Assembly (NCBI GenBank): GCA_951406725.2
Contig: OX597840.1
Location: forward strand, 16,740,001-16,804,000
DNA: 64,000 bases
DNA from: Octopus vulgaris
Taxonomy: Eukaryota
Direction of reading: 5' to 3'
A program made the translations under genes and the position numbers. Below are positions 1 through 13,300 of this stretch, piece by piece; within the stretch, counting starts at the first letter, position 1; each line of letters starts with the position of its first letter. Below the pieces are notes generated by a model, which ran no database searches, was not told the DNA's origin, and saw only the letters and a program-made list of their open reading frames with translations.

Positions 1-332
1 GGGAAACATTGATTTAGTTGAAGAAACTGAGTCCCAGTACTTACTATTTTTTAAACCTGCTACTTACTCTATCGGCCTCTTTTGCCAAAACGCTAGTTAC
101 AGGGGCATAAACAAAGCATCATCAGTTGTAAAGTGATTGTGGGGAGACAAACGCAAACACAATGACACACTCGCGCGCAAATATGCGACGATCTTCTTTC
201 AGAAACAAAGGAGAGTGATGGGGTTATAAGCCCCAAAAGAAGAAAGAAATCTAAGGCAAGAGAACATTCAGTAGAAAGCAAGAAAGGTAAGAAGATGCAA
301 GAGAGAGAGAGAGAGAGAGAAAGAGAAAGAGA

Positions 333-404
<72 letters not shown>

Positions 405-1141
405 GAAACAGAAAATGAACTATGTAAATATGAGGGTGCCTTTATAACGTATGGAAAAAGTGTAGATGCAGAAAGAAAAATTGCGCAAACGAAGGGACTG
501 GCGAGGGTGAAACTGTCAGGAAACAGTTTTGATGCAGATGATAGAGGTATTTTGATACACAAGGAAGAGTATGAAAGATTTATGGATGGATTTGCTAAAA
601 ATGTAAAACAGATGCAATGGTGTTGGTTGCATGAGATTCCACCTTCTGTAGTTGAATATGAAAAACTGAAAAGAAAAATTTCAAAAGTAATTTTGTGAAA
701 AAGAAAGAAAAAGGGACAATCGAAATAGATATTGATTTATGAAAAAGAGAAAAGTTGTCTAAATGTAACCACTCGACTTCGGGGTTCGAGTGGGCATTGC
801 GCCTCATTTTATACTCTTTCATATTATCATCCGTTTCTTTTATTTTTTTCTTCTTATTTCATGTTCTTTTTGTAATTTTAAGTTCCCCGAGATTATGTTT
901 GTCATGTTTTGTATTTTGTCCTATTCTTTGGATAGCCCCTTGTGGGTAATAAAGAAATCGGTCTTCTTTCAGTTTCCTTCTACCAAGTCTCTCATAAGGC
1001 TTCGGTCTGTCGGGGTAATGAAAACACTTGACCAAATTGCCACGCTTAGTGACTGAACCTCGAACGATATGGTTAGGAATCAAAACTCTTTTATTCATTA
1101 AATTGGCCAAAAGGGCCTAGGAATCAAACCTCTTACCATAC

Positions 1142-1203
<62 letters not shown>

Positions 1204-1574
1204 TACTATAATATCTGTTTAAACATAGAAGGGACAAACAAGGACAGACAAACGGATGAAGTCGATTACACCGACCCCAGTGCGTAACTGGTACTTAATT
1301 TATCGACCCCGAAAGGATGAAAGGCAAAGTCGACCTCGGCGGAGTTTGAACTCAGAACTAAGCGAACTTTAGGTTAGTTAAAATATGTGTGTGACATTTC
1401 AACGTCTAAAAGCAAATTCACTGTTACTATAGAGAAAAAAAATTCTTTCTTATGGTAAAAAGAAAGATGTAAAAGAACCTTGTACTGCCACCAGACGGAT
1501 TCCCAGATATCGATGTTTCTAGATTTGCAACCGTTTTCAATTAGGTTTGTCCAGAGGCAACTCTAGACAGACCT

Positions 1575-1968
1575 AGTAAGCCGTAGTTTTAATTAAAATA
1601 TAGTCAATGTTAATTGTATTTGGGTTGAAACACAAAAAAGAATAAAAAAAAGAACACGCACATATATACATACATAAATATATATATACATACCTACACA
1701 CATGAGCTTGTCTACATATGCAACTATATGCATGAGAATACATACATAAAACAAAACATACAAATTTGCACATATACATACATACATACATACATGCATA
1801 CATACATACATACATACATACATACATACATACATACATACATACATACATACATACATGCATGCACTGTTGTTGCTGTTGAAATTCCAATGAAGGAGCC
1901 TTGAATCTAGGTTAGAAACCGGTTCTTTCTCTATTAGCAAGAAATCTTGAAATAAAACTGAATGACCT
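1575..1968 (-). repeat. unclassified dispersed repeat with internal (TATG)n
   Basis: TTCAGTTTTATTTCAAGATTTCTTGC...AAAGAACCGGTTTCTAACC is shared with 6955-7190 (+), followed by (TATG)n in both copies. Confidence 0.6.
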
Positions 1969-1974
1969 GTATAC

Positions 1975-2017
<43 letters not shown>

Positions 2018-2094
2018 GGACTAGTTTTTCCACCTTGTTTTGCATTTAATAAGACAAATGTATATGTGTGTGTATAAACTTTGTCATTTCTGTG

Positions 2095-2126
<32 letters not shown>

Positions 2127-2134
2127 TATATATA

Positions 2135-2463
2135 GACGCAGGCGTGGCTGTGTGGTGAGAGGCTTGCTTCCCAACCACATGGTTCCAGGTTCAGTCCCAC
2201 TGCGTAGCACCTTGCGGGTCGATCAAAGCGTTGTGAGTGGATTTGGTAGACGGAAACTGAAAGAAGCCCGTCGTATATATGCATATATATACATATATAA
2301 TGTGTGTGTGTATGATTGTGTGTTAGTGTTTGCTACCCCACCATCGCTTGACGACCGATGTTGGTGTGTTTACGTCCCCGTAACTTAGCGGTTCAGCAAA
2401 AGAGTCCGATAGAATAAGTACTAAGCTTACAAAAAATGAGTCGTGAGGTCGACTTCTTCGACT
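2135..2463 (+). mobile_element. tRNA-derived SINE family A (internal TA/TG microsatellite), representative copy
   Basis: Head GCAGGCGTGGCTGTGTGG (A-box-like) ... GGTTCAGTCCC (B-box-like), GGAAACTGAAAGAAGCCCGTCG, microsatellite, then 3' half CGATGTTGGTGTGTTTACGTCCCCGTAACTTAGCGGTTC. More than 25 further full or partial copies on both strands (e.g. near 1, 955, 3420, 5600, 5905, 18968, 23660, 29270, 43336, 45292, 46410, 49245, 52755, 53345, 53827, 55455, 56700, 58765, 63820). Confidence 0.9.
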
Positions 2464-2470
2464 TTGTTTG

Positions 2471-2531
<61 letters not shown>

Positions 2532-2726
2532 TTGTGTATTTGCGCGCGCGTGTGTGTGTTTGTGTGCGCGTGTGTATGAGTTGTTCCAAGTTCAGCATTT
2601 ATATATCGAGAAACAGGATTTTTGATAAAAATTATTTATTTCGTGCTTTCATTTTGCTTGAGAGATTCGAAAGAGATTTCATCGGAAATCCTACCTCATT
2701 TTCTTTAATACCCAAACATACATTAA

Positions 2727-3370
2727 GGCGGCAAGCTGGCAGAATCGTTAGCACGCAGGGCGAAATGCGTAGCTGTATTTCGTCTGCCGTTACGTTCTGA
2801 GTTCAAATTCCGCCGAGGCCGACTTTGCCTTTCATCCTTTCGAGGTCGATTAAATAAGTACCAGTTACGCTCTGGGGACGATGTAATCGACTTAATCCGT
2901 TTGTGTGTCCTTGTTTATCTCCTCTGTGTTTAGCTCCTTGTGGGTAGTAAAGAAATAGGTATTTCGTCTGTCGTTACGTTCTAGGTTCAAATTCCGCCGA
3001 GGTCGACTTTACCTTTCAATTTCTCGGAGTCAATTAAATAAGTACCAGTTACGCACTGGGGTCGATGTAATCGTCTGAATCCTTTTGTCTGTCCTTGTGT
3101 GTCCCCTCTTTGTTTTGTACCCTGTGGACAATAAAGAAATAAGAGAGTTTCTGAGGGCGGCGAGCTGGCAGAATCGTTAGCACGCCGGGCGAAATGCTTA
3201 GCGATATTTCGTCTGTCTTTATGTTCTGAGTTCAAATTCTGCTGAAGTTGACTTTGCCATTCATCTTTTCGGGATCGATAAATTAAGTACCAGTTGCATA
3301 CTAGGGTCGATCTAATCGACTGGCTCACCTCCCCCAAAATTTCAGGCCTTGTGCCTAGAGTAGAAAAGAA
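2727..3370 (+). mobile_element. SINE family B tandem array (3 units)
   Basis: Repeated GGCGGCGAGCTGGCAGAATCGTTAGC...GAGTTCAAATTCCGCCGAGGTCGACTTTGCCTTTCATCCTTTCGGGGTCGATAAATTAAGTACCAG, with two alternative 3' tails. The central part resembles the Meta/Nin-type SINE domain (from memory). Confidence 0.9.
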
Positions 3371-3382
3371 TACATACACAGA

Positions 3383-3420
<38 letters not shown>

Positions 3421-4080
3421 TACGACGGGCTTTCTTCAATTTCTGCCTCTTGAATCTATTCACTAGGCTTTGGTCGACCGGGGTGCTATGGTAGAAGACA
3501 CCTGTCGAAGGTGCCACGCAGTGGGACTGAACCCGGAACCATGTGGCTAGAAAGCAAGCTTCTTACAATACAACTACGCCTACTTCTATGCGTGCGCAAT
3601 GCGCGCGTGTGTGTGTGTGTTTGCATGATTATGTGTGTGTAGTATCCGCTAAATGTCAAGAAATAATGGAAATTTGAATGAGAGAGAGGAGGAGTGAGTA
3701 GGAGGGAAGAAAAACAATACAGTATATCATAAGTGTATTTCAAAGTATTAAACCCATCATATCGCCCTCCACCACCATCACTATATCGTCTGTCATGCAA
3801 TCAAGCCGTTTACGTTGGTGTTAAATGCTTCCAGCCACATAAAACCTGTTTTAAACAACGTTTATTAACAGCTCTGTCTCCTGGACTCATCTTGACACAC
3901 GTTTGCTATAAACACAATAGAGAGCTGGACACACGAAACAGACGAATAAAAACGTCTCACATAAATTGTTCGATTATATCAATGATTTTGTGATCAGCGA
4001 AAGCTGTTTTGAATTATAAGAAACTATAAAGATATATACATACACATCACTATGCATGTGTGTGTATGTGTGTTTGTATA

Positions 4081-4300
4081 TATGAAGGGGTGCTGAAAAG
4101 TTGCTGGCTTTAAGAGTACCACGAAAGGCCTGCGTGGAGGTCCAACTTTCCGAGTGCTTTTAAAGGGCTTAGAAAAACTGAAGGACCACCAGTGCAATAA
4201 GTGTGTGACTCTGAGAGAGGATATGTTGACTAAAATCATAACTAACTACCCTCCTGTATTTTCTTTTATCAAAAGCCAGGACAATTTCAACATCCCACCA
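4081..4300 (+). mobile_element. mariner-derived MITE / internally deleted element
   Basis: Imperfect TIRs GAAGGGGTGCTGAAAAGTTGCTGGCTTT / AAAGCCAGGACAATTTCAACATCCC; remnant KGLEKLKDHQCNKCVTLREDM resembles a mariner transposase C-terminus. Confidence 0.7.
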
Positions 4301-4338
<38 letters not shown>

Positions 4339-4340
<2 letters not shown>

Positions 4341-4544
4341 GGAGTAAACACATAAATGTGAAACAAGGTGGAGAAAAAGAGTACTCAAATACCAGTGGTA
4401 GAGTAATATGCTTTATTTAAAGCAGCAGAAAATTCAACAAAATCTGTTACTCTGAGTTTCACGTTGCCGTGAAACTCAGAGTAACAGAGCAACGTGAAAC
4501 TCAGAGTAACAGGTTTTCTTGAATCTTCTGCTGCTTTAATAAAG
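4339..4544. mobile_element. Penelope-like pLTR fragment as fold-back with three hammerhead 3' halves
   Basis: Arms about 4411-4467 and 4489-4544, plus an extra internal copy of GTGAAACTCAGAGTAACAG (GAA-ACUC-A-GAGU-A = stem III plus GUA site). No CUGANGA is retained. Flanked by (TA)n. Confidence 0.65.
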
Positions 4545-4577
4545 TATATATATATTTATACACACACACACACACAC

Positions 4578-4629
<52 letters not shown>

Positions 4630-4643
4630 ACACATATATACAT

Positions 4644-5220
4644 ATAAGAGGGATGACCACTAAGTGGACATCCATTATGCTAGAAGTCGACCCCCTATGG
4701 ATTTACCACTAAGAAAGGAGTGTTCTCAAGAAAATTTAGCAAACGCCAGAACGTAAGCGAGGAACAAAATTGAAAAGATACAAAACATACAGATTAATCA
4801 CAAACCCAGTTTCGTTGTTACCACTTACGTATTCACTTATGTAGATGTCTGCAACTCATCAGTGTGATCGTCATAGCAAAATATAATATGCAGATACGTC
4901 CACATGAGATTGAACATGTATATAGTTCAACCAATTACATTTGGGGTTATATTTCAAAAGTTTTCGTTTTGGTGCGCCAAAATACCGGAAATAATTACGT
5001 TCTGGCGTTTGCTAAATTTTATTGAGAACATTCCTTTCTTAGCGGTAAGACCGTAGGGAGTCGACTTCTAGCATAATGGATGTCCACTTAGTGGTCATCC
5101 CTCTTATGTGTATGTAGTATAATTTTTCTGAATCTTCAGATTTTTCTACATGCTAGACCACTGGTTTTAAATTGATATAAATCAAATTAATATTCAATTT
5201 TTCACCCTTATTTTAAATTT
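4644..5220. mobile_element. Penelope-like pLTR module with inverted repeat
   Basis: Inverted arms 4644-4756 / 4995-5107 enclosing an HHR; embedded in (TA)n; related copies at 16033-16525, 33483-33751 and about 52040-52110. Confidence 0.75.
4797..4868 (-). ncRNA. type I hammerhead ribozyme, intact core
   Basis: Minus strand reads AUCACA-CUGAUGA-GUUG...CAAC-GAA-AC(UGG)GU-U-UGUGAU: 6-bp stem I, stem II with a long insertion, GUU cleavage triplet. Confidence 0.85.
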
Positions 5221-5344
5221 ATATATATATATATATATAGATATATATATGTATGTATGTATGTATGTAGATATATATATATATATATATACATATACAT
5301 ATGTATATATATATACATATACATATGTGTGTATATATATATAC

Positions 5345-5408
<64 letters not shown>

Positions 5409-5815
5409 GTATATATATATATGTGTCTGTGTGTGTGTGTATAAATCCAAAATTGGAATAAGAACGACAATAAAAACATACCGACAGATAGACTATACAA
5501 ACACGTAGCTTTCTGTTCATCAGTCAAATTTCCAAATCATCATTACAGTTTCGGCCTGTTACCCTTGCGACTGATCAAAATGGCTGATATTCTTTTATTT
5601 ATTTATTCTTTTACTTGTTTCAGTTATTTGACTGTGGCCATGCTGGAGCATCGCCTTAAAGATTTTTTTAGTCGAAGAAATCAGTCCCTGAACTTATTCT
5701 TTGTAAGCGTAGTGCTTATTCTATCGGTCTCTTTTGACGAACTGCTGATTTACGGGAACATAAACACACCACAAACGGTCGTCAAGTAATGGTGGGAGGA
5801 CAAACAGACACAAAT

Positions 5816-5866
<51 letters not shown>

Positions 5867-5867
5867 T

Positions 5868-5906
<39 letters not shown>

Positions 5907-6055
5907 TTTAGTTAAGCAAATCGACCCCAGGACTTCTTCTTTGTAAGCCTAGTACTTATTCCATCAGTCTCTTTTGCCGAACCGCTAACTTACGGGGACG
6001 TAAACATACCAGCATCGGTTATCAAACGATGGTAGGGGGACAAACGCAGACACAC

Positions 6056-6097
<42 letters not shown>

Positions 6098-6299
6098 CGG
6101 GTTTCTTTCGGTTTCTATCTACCAAATCTACTCACAAGGCTTTGGTTGGCCTGAAGCTATAGTAGAAGACACTTGCTCAAGATGGACTGAACCCAGAACC
6201 AAGCTTCTAACCACCTCTCTCTCTCTCTCCGTCTCCCTCTCTCTCTGTTGATATGTATATATGTGTGTGTGCATGCGTGTTTGTTTGTGTGTGTATGCG

Positions 6300-6931
6300 C
6301 ACGCATGCTTTTAGTTGAAACTGTTGTGGTGACGTGATCGAAGAGCCTGAACGCGCCATTTTTCTTTCTGGTTTTACAGAATAAGCAGGGCCGCTCCATC
6401 AGCAAAGAAGAACAATGAGCAGCGATCCGATTTCTCTGGAAAGGTTGTGTTCGATCAACCGTGCAAGACACAGTGTTTTACTGGCCAACAAACTGAAGCC
6501 AAGAATTCGCATCAAACGCCAAAGCCTATAGTCGAAGAAAGTTTTGTTGTTGCATGACAATGAATGCTCACACACGGTCGCCCAGACCGTTGAAATCATT
6601 AACCAATTGGGTTTTGAGGTGCTGGAACACCCTGCCTACAGCCCAGATCTCACCCCTTCCGATTATCATATCTTTGGACCGCTCAAAGATGGTTTACGAG
6701 GTTGTCGGTTTCCTACGGATAAATATGTGAAGGAAGCAGAGCATAAATGGCTGCACGACCAACCAAAAACCTTCTTCTTGGAGGGAATATGCAAGCTTGT
6801 GGACCGCTGGACCAAGTACATCGAAAAGGAAGGAGACTATATAGAAAAATGATGTACTTCTTTATCCCCTGCTTTTGTGTAAATACATTGAAAAAAACAA
6901 GAGTGCGTATATCTTTTGACTCTCCCGCGTA
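6300..6931 (+). mobile_element. internally deleted mariner transposon (transposase C-terminal pseudogene, ORF 6544-6852)
   Basis: LLHDN...HPAYSPDLTPSDYHIFGPLK...GICKLVDRWTKYIEKEGDYIEK carries the mariner HDN and YSPDL motifs; right TIR-like end CTTTTGACTCTCCCGCGTA; N-terminal remnant KEEQ*AAIRFLW. Left boundary approximate. Confidence 0.9.
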
Positions 6932-7526
6932 TATATACATATATTACATGTATGTCATTATTCAGTTTATTTCAAGATTTCTTGCAAATAGAAAAAGAAC
7001 CGGTTTCTAACCCAGATCCAAAGCTCCTTCACTGGAAATTCAACATCAGCAACAGGGTATTTTTCTCTGTATGTATGTATGTATGTATGTATGTATGTAT
7101 GTATGTATGTATGTATGTATGTATGTATGTATGTGCAGCTTTGTATGTTTTATGTATATATTCTCATATGTAAGCATGTATATATTTATGTATGTATGTA
7201 TGTATAGATACACACACATAGACAGAACAAAGTGTTTACATGTCACAACTCCCACAGTAAGGTCTTTTATGTCAGCTGTTCCAGTCCGTGCACTGTAATG
7301 GCGAGATCTTGTTGTCCCACGAGAATAAAGAACGGCAATAGCACCACCACCACCACCACCACCACCACCACCACAAACATCACCATCATCATCATCATCA
7401 TCTTCAACGGCTACACACGTGAAGGAAATATTAACAACGATGGCGACGGTGATAACTGTGACAATAATGATGATAATGACCATGACAACGACGGCGATGA
7501 AGATGATGATGATGATGATGGTGATG

Positions 7527-7596
<70 letters not shown>

Positions 7597-7670
7597 TGAT
7601 GCCTTATTTCGTGAACTCAGCCGATCGATTTATCTATGTATGTAGATACATCTGTATCTTTACACACCCG

Positions 7671-7723
<53 letters not shown>

Positions 7724-8519
7724 CACCACCACCACCACAACACACCACACACACATATATATGTATACACACACTTACACGCATGTATTTTAATAACAGT
7801 TTCACTCAGTTCCACACTACTTAAATTTTCGTGCATCTAATGATGACGACGTTTACTGCGCCCAAGTAATGTGGACATAAGTCACTCTACCATTGAATAC
7901 ATATAACTATGGAGTGAATATATCTATTGAGTGATGATGGTAGTGGTGGTCATGTAGTTTAGATCCTTTACGGGATGAAGTTGAGTGTTAATATATTGCT
8001 GGATGAAGGCAAGGAAGACAGTGAATGTGCAAAGAGAGAAGGAGAGGGAAAGGAAGTTAAAGTGAAAGTGAAAGTGGACGAGTGGCAAGAAAAGCGAAAG
8101 ACAATGATGGAGAGACAAAAACATAAAAAGAAACAAAAGGCAATGATAGACAGAAACACTTTGTGTGGGAGAATAGAGATAAAAATGACACGAATTCATT
8201 AGCAAATGTCTGAAAGTAAAGACAGAAACGATAATTAAAAGGACAACATTATCAACATTCACCATAATAATTGTAGCAACAGCCGCAGCCCAAGAGATAC
8301 ATGCATATATACAGTTAAATGTAAGGAAAATATATATAAACATAATATGTCACCCAATTTAACACTGTCTGAGGAATTGTAAGAGGAAACTGGCAACAAA
8401 TGAGATCAATTATGCTCTTCAGTATATCAACAAAATATTTTATATTATACGTACCATTGTATCGAGTTCTCTTATTGTTGGCATTACATCTTCACACGAC
8501 TGAAGAGGTGTGTGCGCGT

Positions 8520-8585
<66 letters not shown>

Positions 8586-8785
8586 CTGTGTGTGCGTGCG
8601 TGTGTGTATGTATATACACACATGCATATGTATGTGTGTGTATCAATGTTTATGTTTGTATATGTGTGATAAGAAGTTTGCGTCCCAACCACATGGTTCC
8701 GGGTTCGGTAACAGTCTTATACTATAGCCTCCGACTAAAACCTTGTGGGTGAATTTGGTTGACGGAAACTGAAGGAAGCTCATTG

Positions 8786-8834
<49 letters not shown>

Positions 8835-8837
8835 CAT

Positions 8838-8891
<54 letters not shown>

Positions 8892-8957
8892 CACAGATAT
8901 ACATACATATATAAATACATACTCCGTCTTCCTTTCCTTGGATCTTCCTTTTTCTAT

Positions 8958-8992
8958 GTTTCTGATGAAGAGCTCCGCTCGAAACGTTAAAT
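8958..8992 (+). ncRNA. minimal type I hammerhead ribozyme
   Basis: GUUU-CUGAUGA-A-GAGC(UCC)GCUC-GAAACGUU-AAAU; stem III reduced to the palindrome ACGU; lies in a pLTR-like module 8921-9090. Confidence 0.75.
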
Positions 8993-9202
8993 CTTCCTTC
9001 TTTCTTTCCTTTTCTGAGCATCGAATAACACTATACTTGTTCCACGTCCTCGCGTTGTTGTGTTTTCTCTTTGTTCATGTTTGGAGTAAATATATATATA
9101 TAAAGTTAATCCAAACAAGAAAGCACAAAGAAACACAACAACGCGAGGACGTGGAACAAATATAGTATTATTGGACGCTCAGGAAAGAAGGAAAGAAGGA
9201 TG

Positions 9203-9237
9203 GCTTAACGTTTCGAGCGGAGCTCTTCGTCGGAAAC
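9203..9237 (-). ncRNA. minimal hammerhead ribozyme, mutated core (CCGACGA)
   Basis: GUUU-CCGACGA-A-GAGC(UCC)GCUC-GAAACGUU-AAGC in module 9103-9310, an inverted relative of 8921-9090. Confidence 0.65.
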
Positions 9238-9308
9238 ATAGAAGAAGGAAAGATCCAGAGAAGGGAAGACAGAAGGAAAAAAATCACCAACGGTACACAC
9301 GAGGTCAC

Positions 9309-9385
<77 letters not shown>

Positions 9386-10094
9386 GTATATATTTATGGA
9401 CATGTATGTATATGTGTGTGTGTGTGTATGTACACACAATACTAGTATCATGAGTGGAAACCATTGAGTGAACATCTATGAAGTCAATTGCCTGGGTAGA
9501 AATAGTAACCAAATCTTCCTCATATTGCATCGTACCATTTTAAAAAAGGTAGGACATACATGTATCTTCAATACACAATACTCGCGTAAAAAGACTGGAT
9601 GGACATGGACGAAGCGCCTCCAATCATGTATTTGTCCAGCTAGGGATTGCCTGGGGCTAAACGACAACAACTACAATCGCATCATTAGCAACAACTTCGC
9701 AGTTAGCTGCTGCAGCATCAGCATCAACATTAGCAACAACAGAAATAGCAGGTACAACAACAAGAGTAACAACATGGCAGTAACCTACAACGCAAACAAC
9801 TACTTAGCAACAATTCGGTTCTGAACGATGGTCTTCCGGTGGTGGCGGTGGTAGTGGTGGAGGTGGTGGTGGAGACATTGGTGTATTGAAGGTGGTCATG
9901 GTGGTGGTAGTGGTGGTGGTGGTGGTGTGGTGGTGGTGATCGTAGTGGTGGTAGTTGTGGTATTGGTGGTGGTTATGGTGGTGGTGGAGATATCGGTGTG
10001 GAGATATCGGTGTGGCCATGGTGGTGGTAGTAGTAGTTGTGGTGGTGGTGGTGGTGGTGGTGTTGGTGGCGAATGGTCCAGTTGATTGGTCAGT

Positions 10095-11430
10095 TCGATC
10101 AAACTAAGGCTGGAACGGAAAGGGAAGCAGACTGCTAAAATTAGGTGAAGTGTCCGGAGGGGGTGAGGGTAAGTAAACAATCATAATGATATTGGTGGCG
10201 GCGGCAGCGACGATGGTGGTGAGGGAAAGGGGGAGGCAGGTAATCACATTGGTAAGTAAAAGGAAAATAGATGCTGAAAAGGGTTTCGATGGGACGGGGG
10301 TTAGATAATCAAAGTGGTCGAGGAAAGGAAAATCAGACAATCAAAAAGACAGAAGAATTGGTGAAGACGATTAAAATGGTGGAAGAAGAAGAACGTGAAA
10401 AGCAGACAATCAATAGAGTTGGAGTGGGGAAGCTTTGTGAGAGGATTGCATAGGGTAAAACAGACGATCACGATGGTTGGTGAGGTTAGGGGGAAAATGA
10501 CGATCTAATAAGGGTGGGAAGGGGAAATGGTGGTGGATAGGGGAAGGAGAAGATCAATATGGCGAAGAAAGGAGAATGCAGACGATGTCAATGGTTGGGT
10601 GTGAGAAGCAGACATTAACGAAGAAGGTGGAGAGAGAATGTAAATGATCAAAATGGTTTGGAGTAGGAAACAGACAATCATAAAAGAGGAGTTGTAAAGC
10701 AGAAATTTGAAATGGTGGAGGGTGAGAAGCAGACGAATACAAAACATGGGAGAATAGGTAAAGCAGCCGATCAAAATCATGGGAGAAACGGAAGCAAACG
10801 ATGAAATTATTTGGGAAGAAGATGTAGCTGTAGATGTAGACTATCAAAAATGGCGGAGGAGGGTATGGTAGGGGTTAAAGTAAACAATCAAGTCGTTGGA
10901 AGATGGGAAAAACTAGAAGCTCAAAACTGAGAAGAGTTGGAGGGAAGTCAACGATCAAAATGAGAAGAGAATAGCAGACGATCAAAATAAGAGGAAAATA
11001 GTTGATAAAAAAGGAAGCAGACGATCAAAATAGTAGATTTTTAGGGAAAAGGCGAGAATCAAAGTTGTGAGGTGAGATTAAACCAGACGAGAAAAATTAT
11101 GGAAAGACTGGGAAACAAACAAAGAAAGTTCTGCAGAGAAGACACAAGGGGGCAATAGAGAGATGTCGGATCAAAATGGTGTAGGGTAGGGATTAACAAA
11201 CAAGCAAAAAGGAGGAACACAGACGATCAAAGTAGTAGTGGAGAGGGACAAAGTTGTCGTGAGGAGGGACAAAGTTGTCGTGGAGAGGGAGGGGCATGGG
11301 TGGAATTAGACAGAGAGATGATCAAGAGAGTGGGAAGAGGTAACAAAGAAAACGATGAAATTGTGAAACAGCGGAAGCAAATGATAAAAAATGGCGGTAG
11401 TGAAAACGAAAAAGGCAGACGATCAAAACA
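10095..11430 (+). repeat. degenerate purine-rich minisatellite with conserved core AGCAGACGATCAAAAT
   Basis: Core variants (GCAGACGATCAAAATAAG, GCAGCCGATCAAAATCATGG, GTAGACTATCAAAAATGG, ACAGACAATCATAAAA, etc.) recur about every 30-45 bp with variable G/A-rich spacers. Confidence 0.75.
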
Positions 11431-12052
11431 AGATGGAACAAAAGAATATTAAAAAAGAAAAACAAAAAGAAATATCAACAACAGCAGCAACAGAAACAAG
11501 AGCAGCAACAACGGCAATAGCAGCAACATCAACAAAACAAGAAAAAACAGTTGATTGTTACATCCACACACAACCCGCTGCACTCAGCTGACACGTAGCC
11601 TCGTTATGATAAACAACGCTGAGTTGGGCCGACAACGTTTATTTCTCTCATCATGGCTTTATCTTCATCGCACCATCTTTTTACAATTCATAACACATCA
11701 TACACTGCTCACGCAAGCACACTCGCACACACACACATACACACTCACACAAAACACACACATACACACATGCACAGATACAGAGACACACACACACGCA
11801 CTCATACGCGCACGTACGCCTATACACACACACACATATACACACGCGCACACACACACACACGCTAACACACACAAGCACACAGACACATACACAAACA
11901 CAACACATACACACGTATGCATAGCTAAACAAACATACACATACGCACATATACGCATACACACGCACACACACACACCCACATATATGCATACTCCCGC
12001 ACACATATGCAGACATGAGTACACACACATACACGTACGCACACATAAGAAC

Positions 12053-12087
<35 letters not shown>

Positions 12088-12175
12088 CTCACACCTATTT
12101 TTTCTCCGTCGTCGTCGTCGTAGCTGTATCATCACCATCACCACCATCATGATCATGATCGTGATCATAATCATC

Positions 12176-12239
<64 letters not shown>

Positions 12240-12418
12240 GTAGTAGTAGTAGTAGTAGTAGCAGTACTATTATCGCTATTATTATTCTTCTTATTATTAT
12301 TACCATAATCATTCTTATTTTCAGTTCTATTTCCAGTTTCTCTCCACCAATCTCACTTTATCGATCTCTCTCTCCTCTTCGTTTTCTTTTTGTTTCCCAG
12401 AATGCGCGCGCGCTTATG

Positions 12419-12450
<32 letters not shown>

Positions 12451-12496
12451 CACACACGCATATATTCATAAATGCGTGCATAAATATATATATATA

Positions 12497-12532
<36 letters not shown>

Positions 12533-12581
12533 ATGTGTTATTTCGTATGTATGTCTGTATGTGGATGTTTGTGAGTGTGTA

Positions 12582-12626
<45 letters not shown>

Positions 12627-12827
12627 TTGTGTGTGTGTGAGATTGTGTGTGTGTGTGTGTGTGTGTGTTTCTGTGTGCGCATGTGTATGTATGTATGTAT
12701 GTGTTTGTGTAGTATGTGTGTTTGTGCGTGTGCATGTGTTTGGCGTGTGTTTGTTCGTGTGTATGTGTGTTTGTGGATGTGTGTGTGTGTATGTTCGTGT
12801 TTTTGCGTGTCTATAAGTGTGTGCGTA

Positions 12828-12902
<75 letters not shown>

Positions 12903-13117
12903 AGTCTGTCAGTCTTTAACGTATTTACTGGTTTCGAGTATCCTACTGCTGCCATACTGGGACACCGTCCTCAAGCGCTTTAAAGTGGGACATATTAACT
13001 TCATTTTTTGTTCTATCAATCTTACTTTGTCGAATCGTTAAGTTGCGTTCTCATAAAAAACGGAAAAAGAAAACTACTTGACTGACCAGTTTGTACGAAT
13101 AGGCACAAAAGATACTG

Positions 13118-13177
<60 letters not shown>

Positions 13178-13241
13178 AACTAGTAGTAGTAGTAGTAGTG
13201 ATGTTGCTGCTACTATATGTGTGTGTGTGTTTATGTGTGCG

Positions 13242-13300
<59 letters not shown>

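Noticed and set aside
10095-11430. CRISPR-like repeat/spacer appearance
   Set aside because: The core is short and degenerate, spacers are low-complexity, there are no cas genes, and the context is eukaryotic.
11555-12983. Long ORFs (339, 204, 200 aa) and the many YI/HT/VC/MYVC-rich ORFs across the window
   Set aside because: Read-through of (CA)n, (TA)n, (ATT)n and (TATG)n microsatellites that lack stop codons; no domain signal.
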